Under the pieces are notes generated by a model. The model worked only from the letters and a program-made list of their open reading frames with translations. It ran no database searches and was not told the origin of the DNA. From a candidate division WWE3 bacterium RIFOXYB1_FULL_43_24 (GTDB taxonomy: Bacteria; Patescibacteriota; WWE3; UBA101185; UBA10185), in assembly GCA_001773135.1 (NCBI GenBank), contig MEVX01000008.1:91992-143981 (forward strand): a stretch of 51,990 nucleotides of DNA. Reading direction: 5' to 3'. The number at the start of each line of letters is the position of its first letter. Position 1 is the stretch's first letter. This document shows, one piece after another, positions 1 through 8,937 of the stretch. The position numbers and the translations under genes were made by a program.

Positions 1-2
1 AA

Positions 3-689
3 GACCAGAAGGGCTGGGTCGATCTATGCTATGCAGTCGGGGGCACCGTGGTTTATTCCAGAGATTACGATGACAGAAAAAATCTGTATAAAGCTCTGGA
101 AGATGCCGGAAAGGGTCCTTTTATTCTGTACTATCCCAGTGTAGAGAGAAAGGATAACGACGAGTGTTATTTGGACTGGCTGCTGGATCACATTAAATCC
201 AAATTTGATCCCGGCAGTATGACTGAAGAAGATACCAGGGGGATTGCAGTGTTCGACGATGTCACATCGTTGTTTATGGACAGAGACCTTGGGATCAAGT
301 TAGCAGACGAGGTTGTTACGGGGTGCAACGCTCACGGTGTGATGACACTGATAACTCTACAATCCGTAGAGGCTGTTAAAAACATCAACATCGGAGCGCA
401 CTCACAGTTAACGAGCATCATCAATGGATACTTTGCTTTTACTACTCCGGCATATGCTTCGTATGCTGAGTCGATCGGAATAAAACCGGTCACCGAGAAG
501 CTTAAAGAACTCCATGATGAGTTGGTAGACACTATCGGGCAACGTAGCTCCGGGCTTATGGGTACATGGATTCCGCCTGAGTGGAGGGGTGTTTGTACGA
601 TGATAACTAAGAATCGTCAGATATACCCCGCGAGAATTCTTGTACACGACAAAGCCATTGAGTTATTAAGCCGAAAAAGAACCCGATAG
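3..689 (+). CDS. C-terminal part of a VirB4/TraG-like (FtsK-HerA superfamily) transfer ATPase, 5'-truncated by the window edge
   Basis: The frame is open from nt 3, with no stop before the listed GTG at 48. IAVFDD is Walker-B-like and TLITLQS resembles the TQ motif of VirB4/TraG-type ATPases. A cell-wall hydrolase gene follows, as in conjugative modules. Family call is by eye only. Confidence 0.4.
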   Translation, partial: DQKGWVDLCYAVGGTVVYSRDYDDRKNLYKALEDAGKGPFILYYPSVERKDNDECYLDWLLDHIKSKFDPGSMTEEDTRGIAVFDDVTSLFMDRDLGIKLADEVVTGCNAHGVMTLITLQSVEAVKNINIGAHSQLTSIINGYFAFTTPAYASYAESIGIKPVTEKLKELHDELVDTIGQRSSGLMGTWIPPEWRGVCTMITKNRQIYPARILVHDKAIELLSRKRTR

Positions 690-704
690 AAAGGAGATGT
701 ACAG

Positions 705-2069
705 TTGCAGAGTTATGACCGAGCTGTTGCGAGGTTTAAAAAGAACCTAGTCGCAACTGGCGTTGGCTTGGTTCTTGTACCCGCTTTGATTTACCTGGTT
801 GTAGTTGTAACAGGGTCAGTCTTTTCCGGTAAACCTTTCGAGCATGTCGCCGTTGCGTTTCAGCGCACAGTAGCTTTCTCAAAAGGTACGTACATAGGTG
901 GAGAAGACATTCAGGTTACGCAGGATCTTGCTACATACGCAGCAGGTAGAGGGGTAGATGAAGAAAAGCTTCGCGCGATTATTGCGGGAGCAATGGAATC
1001 AGGAATAGAGCCATCGCACATGCTCGGTTTTGCTGAAGTTGAAACAGCGTACTGCCGCAATATAGGAAAGGGGGTTGCAATAGACGAAGTAACAAAAAGA
1101 CTCGCCGTTGCACCCCCCAAAGAAATTGCGTGGTGGCAGGAAAATGCAACTTCACTAAATAACTTAGCAAAACAACTAGGCATCGATGTAAAATCGATAC
1201 CTGGGTCAGTAGGTGCGGGCGCTATTAGCTGCTTCCAACTCATGCCAAGCAATTGGATGAAATATGGAGGTGGAGATTACAATAGTGTTCAGCTGTCTGT
1301 TAAGTACGCGGGTTTATACCTAAAAGATGCTGGTTATAAGAAAAGTAACCCATCGAAAGCGATATTGAGGTATAACCCGAATGCCGGACAACCTTACGTA
1401 AATTCAGTGCTCAATGCAGCAGCTGTTTGGGAACCATACATAAAAGGAAATGTCCGTGCTTATCCCGATACTAACAAAGGTATCGGATCACTTGGAAAAG
1501 TGGAGATACTAGAATGGCCGGTAATCTTTCTGGAAAATCTGGCTCTTGAACTAACCGGTAAGTTACCAGAATACAATCCGACTTTTCCCGAAGAACCTGT
1601 TAATCTGACCGATGGTCTAATGTATCCGATACCGGGAGTTTTTCCCAGCGGGTATACATGGATGAGTCCTGTTTATTACGCGGGGGCTCTTGTAGCGTAC
1701 CACACGGGGCAGGATTACATAGGCTCAGCCGACGTTATTGCTTCCCACAGCGGTGTTGTGACGTTTTCCAGATATTTAAGTACCACCGAGGGTTTAGCCG
1801 TAGCATGGTGGATCTCAGGAAACGTTGTGGTGATAAGAGGGACAACTCAAGATGGAACGCCAATTTGTACGTTCTATGGACACGGTTATCCGAACACCAC
1901 ACGAGTAAGAGTTGGAGATGCAGTAGGTGCGGGGCAATTCTTATTCCGTTCTGGAAACACAGGATTTTCGAATGCAACGCATCTGCACTTTTCAATAAAA
2001 ATAGGAGGGAATGGGGATTTCTGTGACGGCGGGAATTTCGTTAATCCCAACCTTTACGTTAGTCCCTAA
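705..2069 (+). CDS. Peptidoglycan hydrolase fusion: lytic transglycosylase-like domain plus C-terminal M23 (LytM) metallopeptidase domain, with an N-terminal TM helix
   Basis: TTG start after AAAGGAG. AISCFQLMPSNW is SLT-like. HTGQDY ... NATHLHFSI matches the M23 HxxxD / HxH signatures. A hydrophobic helix lies at residues ~17-40. Confidence 0.65.
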   Translation: MQSYDRAVARFKKNLVATGVGLVLVPALIYLVVVVTGSVFSGKPFEHVAVAFQRTVAFSKGTYIGGEDIQVTQDLATYAAGRGVDEEKLRAIIAGAMESGIEPSHMLGFAEVETAYCRNIGKGVAIDEVTKRLAVAPPKEIAWWQENATSLNNLAKQLGIDVKSIPGSVGAGAISCFQLMPSNWMKYGGGDYNSVQLSVKYAGLYLKDAGYKKSNPSKAILRYNPNAGQPYVNSVLNAAAVWEPYIKGNVRAYPDTNKGIGSLGKVEILEWPVIFLENLALELTGKLPEYNPTFPEEPVNLTDGLMYPIPGVFPSGYTWMSPVYYAGALVAYHTGQDYIGSADVIASHSGVVTFSRYLSTTEGLAVAWWISGNVVVIRGTTQDGTPICTFYGHGYPNTTRVRVGDAVGAGQFLFRSGNTGFSNATHLHFSIKIGGNGDFCDGGNFVNPNLYVSP

Positions 2070-2097
2070 TCAGAGAAGAGGGAGAAAGGAGTTAAGA

Positions 2098-2799
2098 ATG
2101 AAGAGAGCTTTTATCTTCGCTTGTGTAGCTTTAGCCGCGTCACTATTAATTGGAGGTTGTTTTCCAATCCGGACAGGGTCACAAGCTCAGGCAACGGATA
2201 TTGCACTCGGAAAAACTTTGGGCGCAGCCACAGCTATTGCTGAATACAAATTTAAAAGTACTGTGGAGGCGGTAATTACCCCAACCGAGACTCGGGTAAA
2301 TACTCCCACACCTACCGCAGTCTGGTATCCGATGGGTACGCCGATATCTTCGCCCACGTTTGTACCAGTAGCGACCAACACACCCTCCAAAATACCTCTT
2401 ACCTCAGTAACTACTGAGGGACGGGATTGGATTTGGTTTCAACTTTCTTCGGGTTCACTTTCTGATACCGGCGTTGGCCAGGTTAAAGAGGGCATTACCT
2501 TGAAGGTTGTTGAGACGAGTGGGGACGTTGTTGGTTTGTTACTCTCAGGCTGGGTTAATAAAGATTCGGTAAAGGAACTATCGGACGGATCGGGAACCTT
2601 TCTATGCAAATATCATAGCGAAGGTCATTTCCAAAGGAAAAGCTTGTGTCATGCCCATATTTATGGAGAAAGCTCGTTGAATAACATTATAGCGATAGCG
2701 CCACCTGACCTTAAAGTTACTATTCAGGATCGGGTTGGTGACACGATGAAGATTCAGCTTGCCAATACCATTTGGGTAGGAGAGATTTATGTAAAGTAA
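2098..2799 (+). CDS. Lipoprotein of unknown function
   Basis: ATG at 2098 is preceded by GGAGAAAGGAG. The signal peptide ends in the lipobox LIGGC. A Thr/Pro-rich linker follows. I prefer this internal start over the listed 2011 start. Confidence 0.6.
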   Translation: MKRAFIFACVALAASLLIGGCFPIRTGSQAQATDIALGKTLGAATAIAEYKFKSTVEAVITPTETRVNTPTPTAVWYPMGTPISSPTFVPVATNTPSKIPLTSVTTEGRDWIWFQLSSGSLSDTGVGQVKEGITLKVVETSGDVVGLLLSGWVNKDSVKELSDGSGTFLCKYHSEGHFQRKSLCHAHIYGESSLNNIIAIAPPDLKVTIQDRVGDTMKIQLANTIWVGEIYVK

Positions 2800-2806
2800 G
2801 TAACCG

Positions 2807-2854
2807 GCTGCGGATTTCGTTTTGATTTTATCAAACGAATTCGCAGCTTTTTTT
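2807..2854 (+). terminator. Rho-independent terminator
   Basis: GCTGCGGATTTCGTTTGA ... TCAAACGAATTCGCAGC hairpin followed by TTTTTTT. Confidence 0.7.
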
Positions 2855-2893
2855 ATGGTGAAGAATGGGAAACGGACTTACTTATTGTTTTGA

Positions 2894-3136
2894 TTACTCT
2901 GAGCGAGAGATATATTCTAACACTCTCCAGGCAGTTTTCTCTTCATCAGTTTTCGCTTTTTCTTCGTGGTTATGTTCGTCGATCCCACTTTCTTTAACTA
3001 TATTTACTGACTTTTCAACTAAGCGCATCACGTAATCTACGGATGCCTCGCCTTCTTCTTTTGTCACTCCGAGAATTTCACCTGCACCTTGTAGTGTAAG
3101 TTGTTCTTCGGGTTCTTGTTTTTCAAAATTTTCCAT
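2894..3136 (-). CDS. Small acidic hypothetical protein
   Basis: 80-aa ORF with no recognisable motif. Confidence 0.35.
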   Translation of the reverse strand: MENFEKQEPEEQLTLQGAGEILGVTKEEGEASVDYVMRLVEKSVNIVKESGIDEHNHEEKAKTDEEKTAWRVLEYISRSE

Positions 3137-3240
3137 AAATTAATTTTACATAAACTTGGGACGAAGTAAAGTTACCTATATGTTGTTACGTTGGGTTTTT
3201 ATAATAAGAAAAGTTATTTAACGTACGTGCGGGTGTAATA

Positions 3241-3315
3241 TGGTGAGGGCGCTGGGGATCGAACCCAGGACACGCGGCTTAAAAGGCCGCTGCTCTACCG
3301 CTGAGCTACGCCCCC
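3241..3315 (-). tRNA. tRNA-Lys (anticodon TTT)
   Basis: The reverse complement folds as a cloverleaf: GGGGGCG acceptor, GCTCAGCGGTAGAGC D-arm, GCGGC-CTTTTAA-GCCGC anticodon arm, GGGTTCGATCCCC T-arm, encoded CCA. Confidence 0.9.
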
Positions 3316-3379
3316 TCAAAAACTACAACATTATACACAACTGCTTAGTATATTGGAATAATCGGATGGTTACAATAAA

Positions 3380-3784
3380 TTATAATTTCAACCCCGCCAA
3401 TATCTCGTTTGCTGTGCTCTCGACGCTGTTTCCGGCGGTTATATAGCGTAAATCGCGGCTATCCGGGGTATTTTCTAACCCATCTAAAACGAATAACCTT
3501 TTCTTGCCAAGAACTCCGGACAAAGCTTTTTCTACCTCCAAACCCTTACTTGGCACAGGACTTGTAACATATGCAATGAAAGCATCGCTTTTGAGCATGT
3601 TACCCACGATAGCCGGAAAGGTTTTCCAAAGTGGTAGGGAACCTTGCCAATTCTGGATATCGCGGCCGAGTATAAAAGTTCGGTGTCCTGCTTTCTCTAA
3701 GCACGATGAGAATTCTAGCAGCTTCTCGATGAGGGCCTTCTTATCCGTAACGTTTGTATATTTGTAACCTATATAAATACGCAT
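3380..3784 (-). CDS. Nucleoside 2-deoxyribosyltransferase-like protein (tentative)
   Basis: 134 aa. MRIYIGYKY N-terminus and a SKGLEVEKA segment resemble the small Rossmann-like deoxyribosyltransferase-like fold. Weak call. Confidence 0.3.
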   Translation of the reverse strand: MRIYIGYKYTNVTDKKALIEKLLEFSSCLEKAGHRTFILGRDIQNWQGSLPLWKTFPAIVGNMLKSDAFIAYVTSPVPSKGLEVEKALSGVLGKKRLFVLDGLENTPDSRDLRYITAGNSVESTANEILAGLKL

Positions 3785-3830
3785 GTCCTACAATACTAGC
3801 ACTTTTGTGTGCGGGTTTCCTGCCAGGAGC

Positions 3831-5153
3831 TTAAGCTCCCTTAATAAAATTAACTATATTTTCGAAGTAAATTTCTTCCTGCTTGCCACTATCCATATCC
3901 TTAACTGTGATGACCTTATTCTTAATTTCGTTTTCTCCCAATATCGCAGCGAATCTTATACCTTTCTTGCTAATCATGCTTAGTTTCTTTTTAAGACCGG
4001 TACCTGCTATCAAAACCTCTGAAGCAATGTTGTTATTTCTTAAGTTTCTGACCAGTCCGTAAGCGATTTCAGAGTAATCACCTAAAGTAACAACAGCAAC
4101 ACGGGAGGTCGCAGCTTCGTCATTTTTAATCAAACCATTTTCATTAAGTTGGTCGAATAGTCTCGTGAGACCAATGGAAACCCCAACTCCCGGTAGTTTT
4201 TGATCCGTAAAATATTCTGCAAGATTATCGTACCTGCCCCCGCCGCAAACAGAGCCGAACTCGGGATATTCTTTTAGGACGGTTTCGAAAACGGTGCCGG
4301 TATAGTAGTCCAATCCGCGTGCTATGGACAGGTCAATTTTCCAGCACGACGCCGGTATGTTCATGTAGCCTAAATATTTTGTAAGTTCTTCCATCTCATT
4401 CAATCCTGTTTGGAAGGTTTCATTTTTTATGTCGTAGGACTTCAAGGCTTTTAATATTTTGTCCGACGTGCCGTTTAAATTCAGGTAATCCATCAATTTG
4501 TCTATTTGTTCGAAAGTACAGCCGATGCTATCCAACTCTTTTTTTACACTGTCTTCGCCGGTTTTATCCTTCTTGTCTATTTCTCTTAGAATTTTGCTGA
4601 GTTTTTTTGACAGCCCGAATTCTTCGATAAATCCTGCCAGTAGCTTACGGTTGTTTATTTTAATTAAGAAACCACCGATGCTTAGGCGTTCAAATGTTGT
4701 ATAGGTCACGGAAAGTATTTCGGCGTCATAGGCTAAACTTAAATTGTCCCTATCAACTATATCTATGTCGCACTGGTAAAATTCCCGGAACCTTCCTTTT
4801 TGAGGTCTTTCACCGCGGAAAACTTTTCCGATCTGATATCTTTTAAAAGGGAAGCTCAGTTCGTTCATACGCTGACTTACATAGCGTGCAAAGGGGACCG
4901 TGAGGTCGAATCTTAATGCCAGGTCGTTGTCGCCCTTTTTAAATGAGTATGTCTGTCTTTCGGTTTCTTCTCCACCTTTTGCCATAAGAATTTCGGCTTT
5001 TTCAATCACAGGGGTATCTAACGGTACGAAACCGCACAGTTCAAAGCTTTCCCTTATGGAGTTAAGCATCTTGTTGAAAGCAAGTTGATCGTTTGGCAGT
5101 AACTCCATAAAACCGGGCAATATTGAAGGTGTTATTTTCCCTTTATTAGACAT
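3831..5153 (-). CDS. hisS: Histidyl-tRNA synthetase
   Basis: Class II aaRS motifs: RYQIGKVFRGERPQKGRFREFYQCD, GGGRYDNL, and a C-terminal anticodon-binding domain. Confidence 0.9.
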   Translation of the reverse strand: MSNKGKITPSILPGFMELLPNDQLAFNKMLNSIRESFELCGFVPLDTPVIEKAEILMAKGGEETERQTYSFKKGDNDLALRFDLTVPFARYVSQRMNELSFPFKRYQIGKVFRGERPQKGRFREFYQCDIDIVDRDNLSLAYDAEILSVTYTTFERLSIGGFLIKINNRKLLAGFIEEFGLSKKLSKILREIDKKDKTGEDSVKKELDSIGCTFEQIDKLMDYLNLNGTSDKILKALKSYDIKNETFQTGLNEMEELTKYLGYMNIPASCWKIDLSIARGLDYYTGTVFETVLKEYPEFGSVCGGGRYDNLAEYFTDQKLPGVGVSIGLTRLFDQLNENGLIKNDEAATSRVAVVTLGDYSEIAYGLVRNLRNNNIASEVLIAGTGLKKKLSMISKKGIRFAAILGENEIKNKVITVKDMDSGKQEEIYFENIVNFIKGA

Positions 5154-5239
5154 ACTGTGTTTATTCTACAATAGGTGGGGCGGGGTAGGAAGTCGTTTAG
5201 CTGTTATGTTTGTGCAGCGAGGATTTACAAATTATCTCT

Positions 5240-6748
5240 CTAATTTTGTGTGGGAGCTATTTTCCAGATCCTAGTAATAGCCCTATTTATTTTCTGATAA
5301 GAATAGATAAAATATCCCAGGATTTCCGAGTAGTATAAGTATCCTTGCCCCGCCTTAATTTTTGAGAGAACTTTCAAAGGTACAAGCACTATGTTCGGGA
5401 TTTGAAATTTCACATCGTAAAATTTTATCTTCATCAGCCAATCAATAATGCCTTTTGGTAAAAGAGAGATAAGTACGAACAGAAGCATAAACGCCGAAGT
5501 ATTTATTTGGGCGTTTTTGTTGTCGTACCAAGGTACAAGATTAAGTTTGCTCAAATCGTGTTGTCCTGTGTTTATAGCGGGAACATCCGCTTCAGAAATT
5601 GAACCGTGCTTAATTGCTGTTTGTATGATGTCTGTTCCGGGAAGATACATTAAACCCCAGAAATTAATAATTGTAGGACGGCACTCATTATATAAATTGA
5701 CGGCTTCTATCAAATGTTCTTTAGTTTCAGCCGGTAGGTTGAAGATGTGGTCGAAAGAAAATTGAAGGCTGTATTTCCTGCATAATTCTGAAACCTTTAA
5801 AATTTGTTCATTGGTTTCGTGACGGTTAAGAAAAGTTTTTCTATAATTTTCGTTTGCGGATTGAACGCCGAGCTTAAACCAAGTGCATCCGCCCTCTTTA
5901 AGAATTTTTACTGTTTCTTCGTTTACAAGTCTCGGGTGGAAGAAACAAGCGAAAGGAACATTTACCTTTTCTTTATACAAATCCATAAGTTTGCGGAGTC
6001 TTTCTATGTCTATTGCCAGTACATCGTCAGCAAACTCTACACGCGGATAGTGGTATTTTGCTAAATTCATTTCCAGCTCTCCGATTACGTTTTCAGGACT
6101 ACGGTGTCTGAATCTTTTTTGTCCGAGGTATAGTTTTTGGTAAACGTTGTTTGAGCAGTATGTACATGCGAAAGGACAACCGCGGCTTCCTACGGCTGTA
6201 TAGGCCATATTTCTTTTAATTGGGTCAAGCGGAGAGTTGTAAAAAAGATCTTTGTCGGGGTATGGCAGAGCGTCTAAATCGGTTTCTAAAGGCGCGGTAG
6301 GATTTTTAACTATCCCGCCGTCTTTTCTATACCATAATGACCTCGTTTTTGTTATATCTCCGGCTTCGTGATTTTGTGCAAATTCTATGATAGTTTTGTC
6401 GGCTTCCCCAAGAAGTATCCCGTCAATAGCTTTCTCTTCCATTACCACGTCGGGCACAGAGTTAACATGAACACCTCCGAACAAAATGAAAAGCTCTGGA
6501 TAATTTTCTTTGATTAGTTTTGCTTTGGCCAAAGACCACGGGAATTGAAAAGAGAATGGTGAAAAACATGCAAAGTCAGGTTTATATTTTTCAATTTTCT
6601 TTATGATAGCTTGGTTTTCTGCTTGTAGGTTGGATCCTAGTGGAAAGAACGCAAGTTCCACGGAGTGTCCTACGCTTTTCAGTGCAGCAGAGATGTACTC
6701 AACGCCTATATTTTCGTTTTCGTGTTGTACGAATAAAAACTTCAGCAC
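5240..6748 (-). CDS. B12-binding-domain radical SAM protein
   Basis: N-terminal Rossmann-like B12-binding region, then GSRGCPFACTYCSN (CxxxCxxC). GTG start. Confidence 0.75.
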   Translation of the reverse strand: MLKFLFVQHENENIGVEYISAALKSVGHSVELAFFPLGSNLQAENQAIIKKIEKYKPDFACFSPFSFQFPWSLAKAKLIKENYPELFILFGGVHVNSVPDVVMEEKAIDGILLGEADKTIIEFAQNHEAGDITKTRSLWYRKDGGIVKNPTAPLETDLDALPYPDKDLFYNSPLDPIKRNMAYTAVGSRGCPFACTYCSNNVYQKLYLGQKRFRHRSPENVIGELEMNLAKYHYPRVEFADDVLAIDIERLRKLMDLYKEKVNVPFACFFHPRLVNEETVKILKEGGCTWFKLGVQSANENYRKTFLNRHETNEQILKVSELCRKYSLQFSFDHIFNLPAETKEHLIEAVNLYNECRPTIINFWGLMYLPGTDIIQTAIKHGSISEADVPAINTGQHDLSKLNLVPWYDNKNAQINTSAFMLLFVLISLLPKGIIDWLMKIKFYDVKFQIPNIVLVPLKVLSKIKAGQGYLYYSEILGYFIYSYQKINRAITRIWKIAPTQN

Positions 6749-6818
6749 TCGAGCAATTATACATAATTTTGATCTATATATGTTGGTGGAGGGGCAATAA
6801 GGTTATGTGGTGGATTTT

Positions 6819-6841
6819 TTTCTGGTGACCCCACGGGGAAT
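6819..6841 (-). repeat. Orphan copy of the tRNA-Glu 3' end (T-loop remainder, T-stem, acceptor 3' strand, CCA and 4 nt of flank)
   Basis: TTTCTGGTGACCCCACGGGGAAT at 6819-6841 is identical to 6968-6990. Confidence 0.9.
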
Positions 6842-6843
6842 AA

Positions 6844-6887
6844 GCAAAGCTTCCATTAGAGCTATAGTTCGCTTTGCTCTCTATAGC
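6844..6887 (-). ncRNA. Possible pseudoknotted structured element inside the tRNA-Glu-associated insert
   Basis: Two interleaved perfect 7-bp complements: GCAAAGC (6844-6850) with GCTTTGC (6871-6877), and GCTATAG (6861-6867) with CTATAGC (6881-6887). Confidence 0.3.
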
Positions 6888-6971
6888 ATCTAAAGTCGAA
6901 CCGCTTCGCGGTACATTCCAACGGTGAATACACAAAAATTTGCTCGTCACAAATTGTGCCGATCAAATTTC

Positions 6972-7046
6972 TGGTGACCCCACGGGGAATCGAACCCCGA
7001 TTACCGGGATGAAAACCCGGCGTCCTAACCGTTAGACGATGGGGCC
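6972..7046 (-). tRNA. tRNA-Glu (anticodon TTC)
   Basis: Reverse complement: GGCCCCA acceptor, GTCTAACGGTTAGGAC D-arm, CCGGG-TTTTCAT-CCCGG anticodon arm, CGGGGTTCGATTCCCCG T-arm, CCA. Confidence 0.9.
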
Positions 7047-7185
7047 AAGGTTTACAGGGCAAACATCCCCGCCACAAACACATGGCACAACGGTATATTA
7101 TCAACAAAACCCTTACTTTTGCAAGAAAACAGCGGGTAAGCTGCACCGGCTCCATGCCCGCAAAATAGTGGTAAAATGAGTCGAA

Positions 7186-8607
7186 ATGGCCATACTAACC
7201 ACTATTTATCTATACATGTACACCTTTTTTGCTGCGCTTTTACCCGGGGCAAGCTATAACGAGGGTATGTTGGGCCAGCCCCAAACATTTTTTCCAAGCC
7301 AGATTGTGCAGCAAACGGATAAGGCCATAAGCTCTCTTCTTTACAGAGGGTTGTTTAAATATGATATTTACGGGGCAACAGTACCAGATTTAGCTGAAAC
7401 GTGGCAAGTTTCGGACGACGGTCTTGTTTACACTATTAAGCTAAAAGACAACCAATACTGGACCAACGGTAAAAAGATAAATTCTGATGACTTAATATAC
7501 ACGTCCTTCAAGGTTACGGATCTCTCTGGAGTTGCGACAGATAAAGTTGATGATTTGACCGTAAGATACACTCTTCCTAACGAGTACTCCCCGTTCTTAA
7601 GTTTACTTACCGTAGGTATTATGCCTATGAACGCCGAAGAAAATAATACTCCTTTGTCTCCTGTAACGAGCGGTGACTTTAGGATAGCCCGGGTAGAAAA
7701 ATCAGGTAAATATATAAGACAGATAACTTTGGTGTCCCCAAATAATAAATACGATATTCAAAAAATAAGCTTCAGATATTATTCGAACGAAGATGAGATT
7801 GTGACTGCGGCTAAGTTGGGGGAAATCAATGGCTACCTCTTGTCTGAAAAGAAATCCCCCGAAAATTTTTATAACTATGAATATCCGGTTCAGGGAATTT
7901 ACTATGCTTTATTCTTTAATATTAGAAACGAAAAGCTTGCGGACGTTGATTTTAGGCAGAAGCTGGAAAAGGTAATACCTTTGGAAAGTTTTACAGCCGG
8001 AAAAGGTATTAGAGTTCAGGGACCGATTAGCCGAAGTATTTTTACGGATTTGGAGCTCGAATTTGACCGTTACGACGAGCTTTTTTCTGAGGACTTGGGC
8101 GACGCACGTCTGACAATAAGAGTTCCGGATATTGAAACTCATGTAATTTTGGCAAAACAAATCGCGTCAGTTTGGAGAGAGAAGTTAGATATAGAAGTGA
8201 AAGTAGAGCCTATCGCTTCCAACGATATCGTTCCGCGTATTATAGAACCACGCGACTTTGAGGTTTTATTGTTCGGGCAGGAGGTTGGGCGAGACCCGGA
8301 TAGATATGTTTTATGGCATTCTGCGCAGAAAAACCCCCCGGGGTTGAACTTTTCCGGGTTTGACCAGGTTAGAGCCGACAGGGCTTTAGAAGAAGGTAGA
8401 AAAGAGCTGGACAACGAGAAAAGGATTATTCACTATAATGAGTTTCAGAAGGTTATTGTAGAGCAAGTTCCCGCAGTCTTTTTGTACCACCCGTTTACCA
8501 ACTTTTACGTCTCCAAGTACATAGAGGGTGTGGGGGAGAAATATACCTTTACTTACGCGGACAGATTCCTGGACTTTGAGAACTGGAGGTATTTGAGGAC
8601 GAATTAG
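7186..8607 (+). CDS. Family-5 (peptide/nickel type) extracellular solute-binding protein
   Basis: N-terminal hydrophobic anchor. Overall resemblance to OppA/DppA-type SBPs (WQVSDDGLVYTIKLKDNQYWTNGKKINSDD). Confidence 0.55.
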   Translation: MAILTTIYLYMYTFFAALLPGASYNEGMLGQPQTFFPSQIVQQTDKAISSLLYRGLFKYDIYGATVPDLAETWQVSDDGLVYTIKLKDNQYWTNGKKINSDDLIYTSFKVTDLSGVATDKVDDLTVRYTLPNEYSPFLSLLTVGIMPMNAEENNTPLSPVTSGDFRIARVEKSGKYIRQITLVSPNNKYDIQKISFRYYSNEDEIVTAAKLGEINGYLLSEKKSPENFYNYEYPVQGIYYALFFNIRNEKLADVDFRQKLEKVIPLESFTAGKGIRVQGPISRSIFTDLELEFDRYDELFSEDLGDARLTIRVPDIETHVILAKQIASVWREKLDIEVKVEPIASNDIVPRIIEPRDFEVLLFGQEVGRDPDRYVLWHSAQKNPPGLNFSGFDQVRADRALEEGRKELDNEKRIIHYNEFQKVIVEQVPAVFLYHPFTNFYVSKYIEGVGEKYTFTYADRFLDFENWRYLRTN

Positions 8608-8659
8608 AATTTTTTGGATGTTTTCGCGGTGCTGATGTTATAATCTTCTTGACCGTTAT

Positions 8660-8737
8660 GGTGGCTGTAGCTCAGTTGGTTAGAGCGCTGCTCTGTGGAA
8701 GCGGAGGTCGTGGGTTCGAGCCCCATCAGCCACCCCA
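8660..8737 (+). tRNA. tRNA-His (anticodon GTG) with encoded G-1
   Basis: G(-1) then GTGGCTG acceptor, CTGCT-CTGTGGA-AGCGG anticodon arm, GTGGGTTCGAGCCCCAT T-arm, CAGCCAC, discriminator C, CCA. Confidence 0.9.
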
Positions 8738-8864
8738 AAAATTAAGGTTGATTTAGCAACATTATTTTAAGTACCCCTAATGATAAATTGAACCAGGTCT
8801 ACAAAAATATATTAATCTTTTAACTTGTACAACCCTTGAATGTGGCGCGGTTGCAGCCTATTCC

Positions 8865-8893
8865 TTTACATTTATTCTGTTATAGGTTATATT
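8865..8893 (+). promoter_or_regulatory. Putative sigma70-like promoter of the RiPP-like island
   Basis: TTTACA (8865-8870), 17-nt spacer, TATATT (8888-8893), about 45 nt upstream of the rSAM start. Confidence 0.35.
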
Positions 8894-8937
8894 GTCGTTG
8901 TTAATCTTGAAAACTAAATAAACCAACGGAGGTAAAG

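Noticed and set aside
1658-2026. 122-aa ORF and other alternative-frame ORFs nested in long genes (for example 911-1252, 30223-30696, 33680-34000)
   Set aside because: They are fully embedded in well-supported longer CDSs with recognisable domains. They have no independent start signals.
6862-7155. 97-aa minus-strand ORF
   Set aside because: It overlaps tRNA-Glu on the same strand and has no RBS. It is an artefact of the GC-rich tRNA sequence. The same reasoning applies to ORFs 3240-3446, 44282-44545 and 48042-48251, which lie over other tRNAs.
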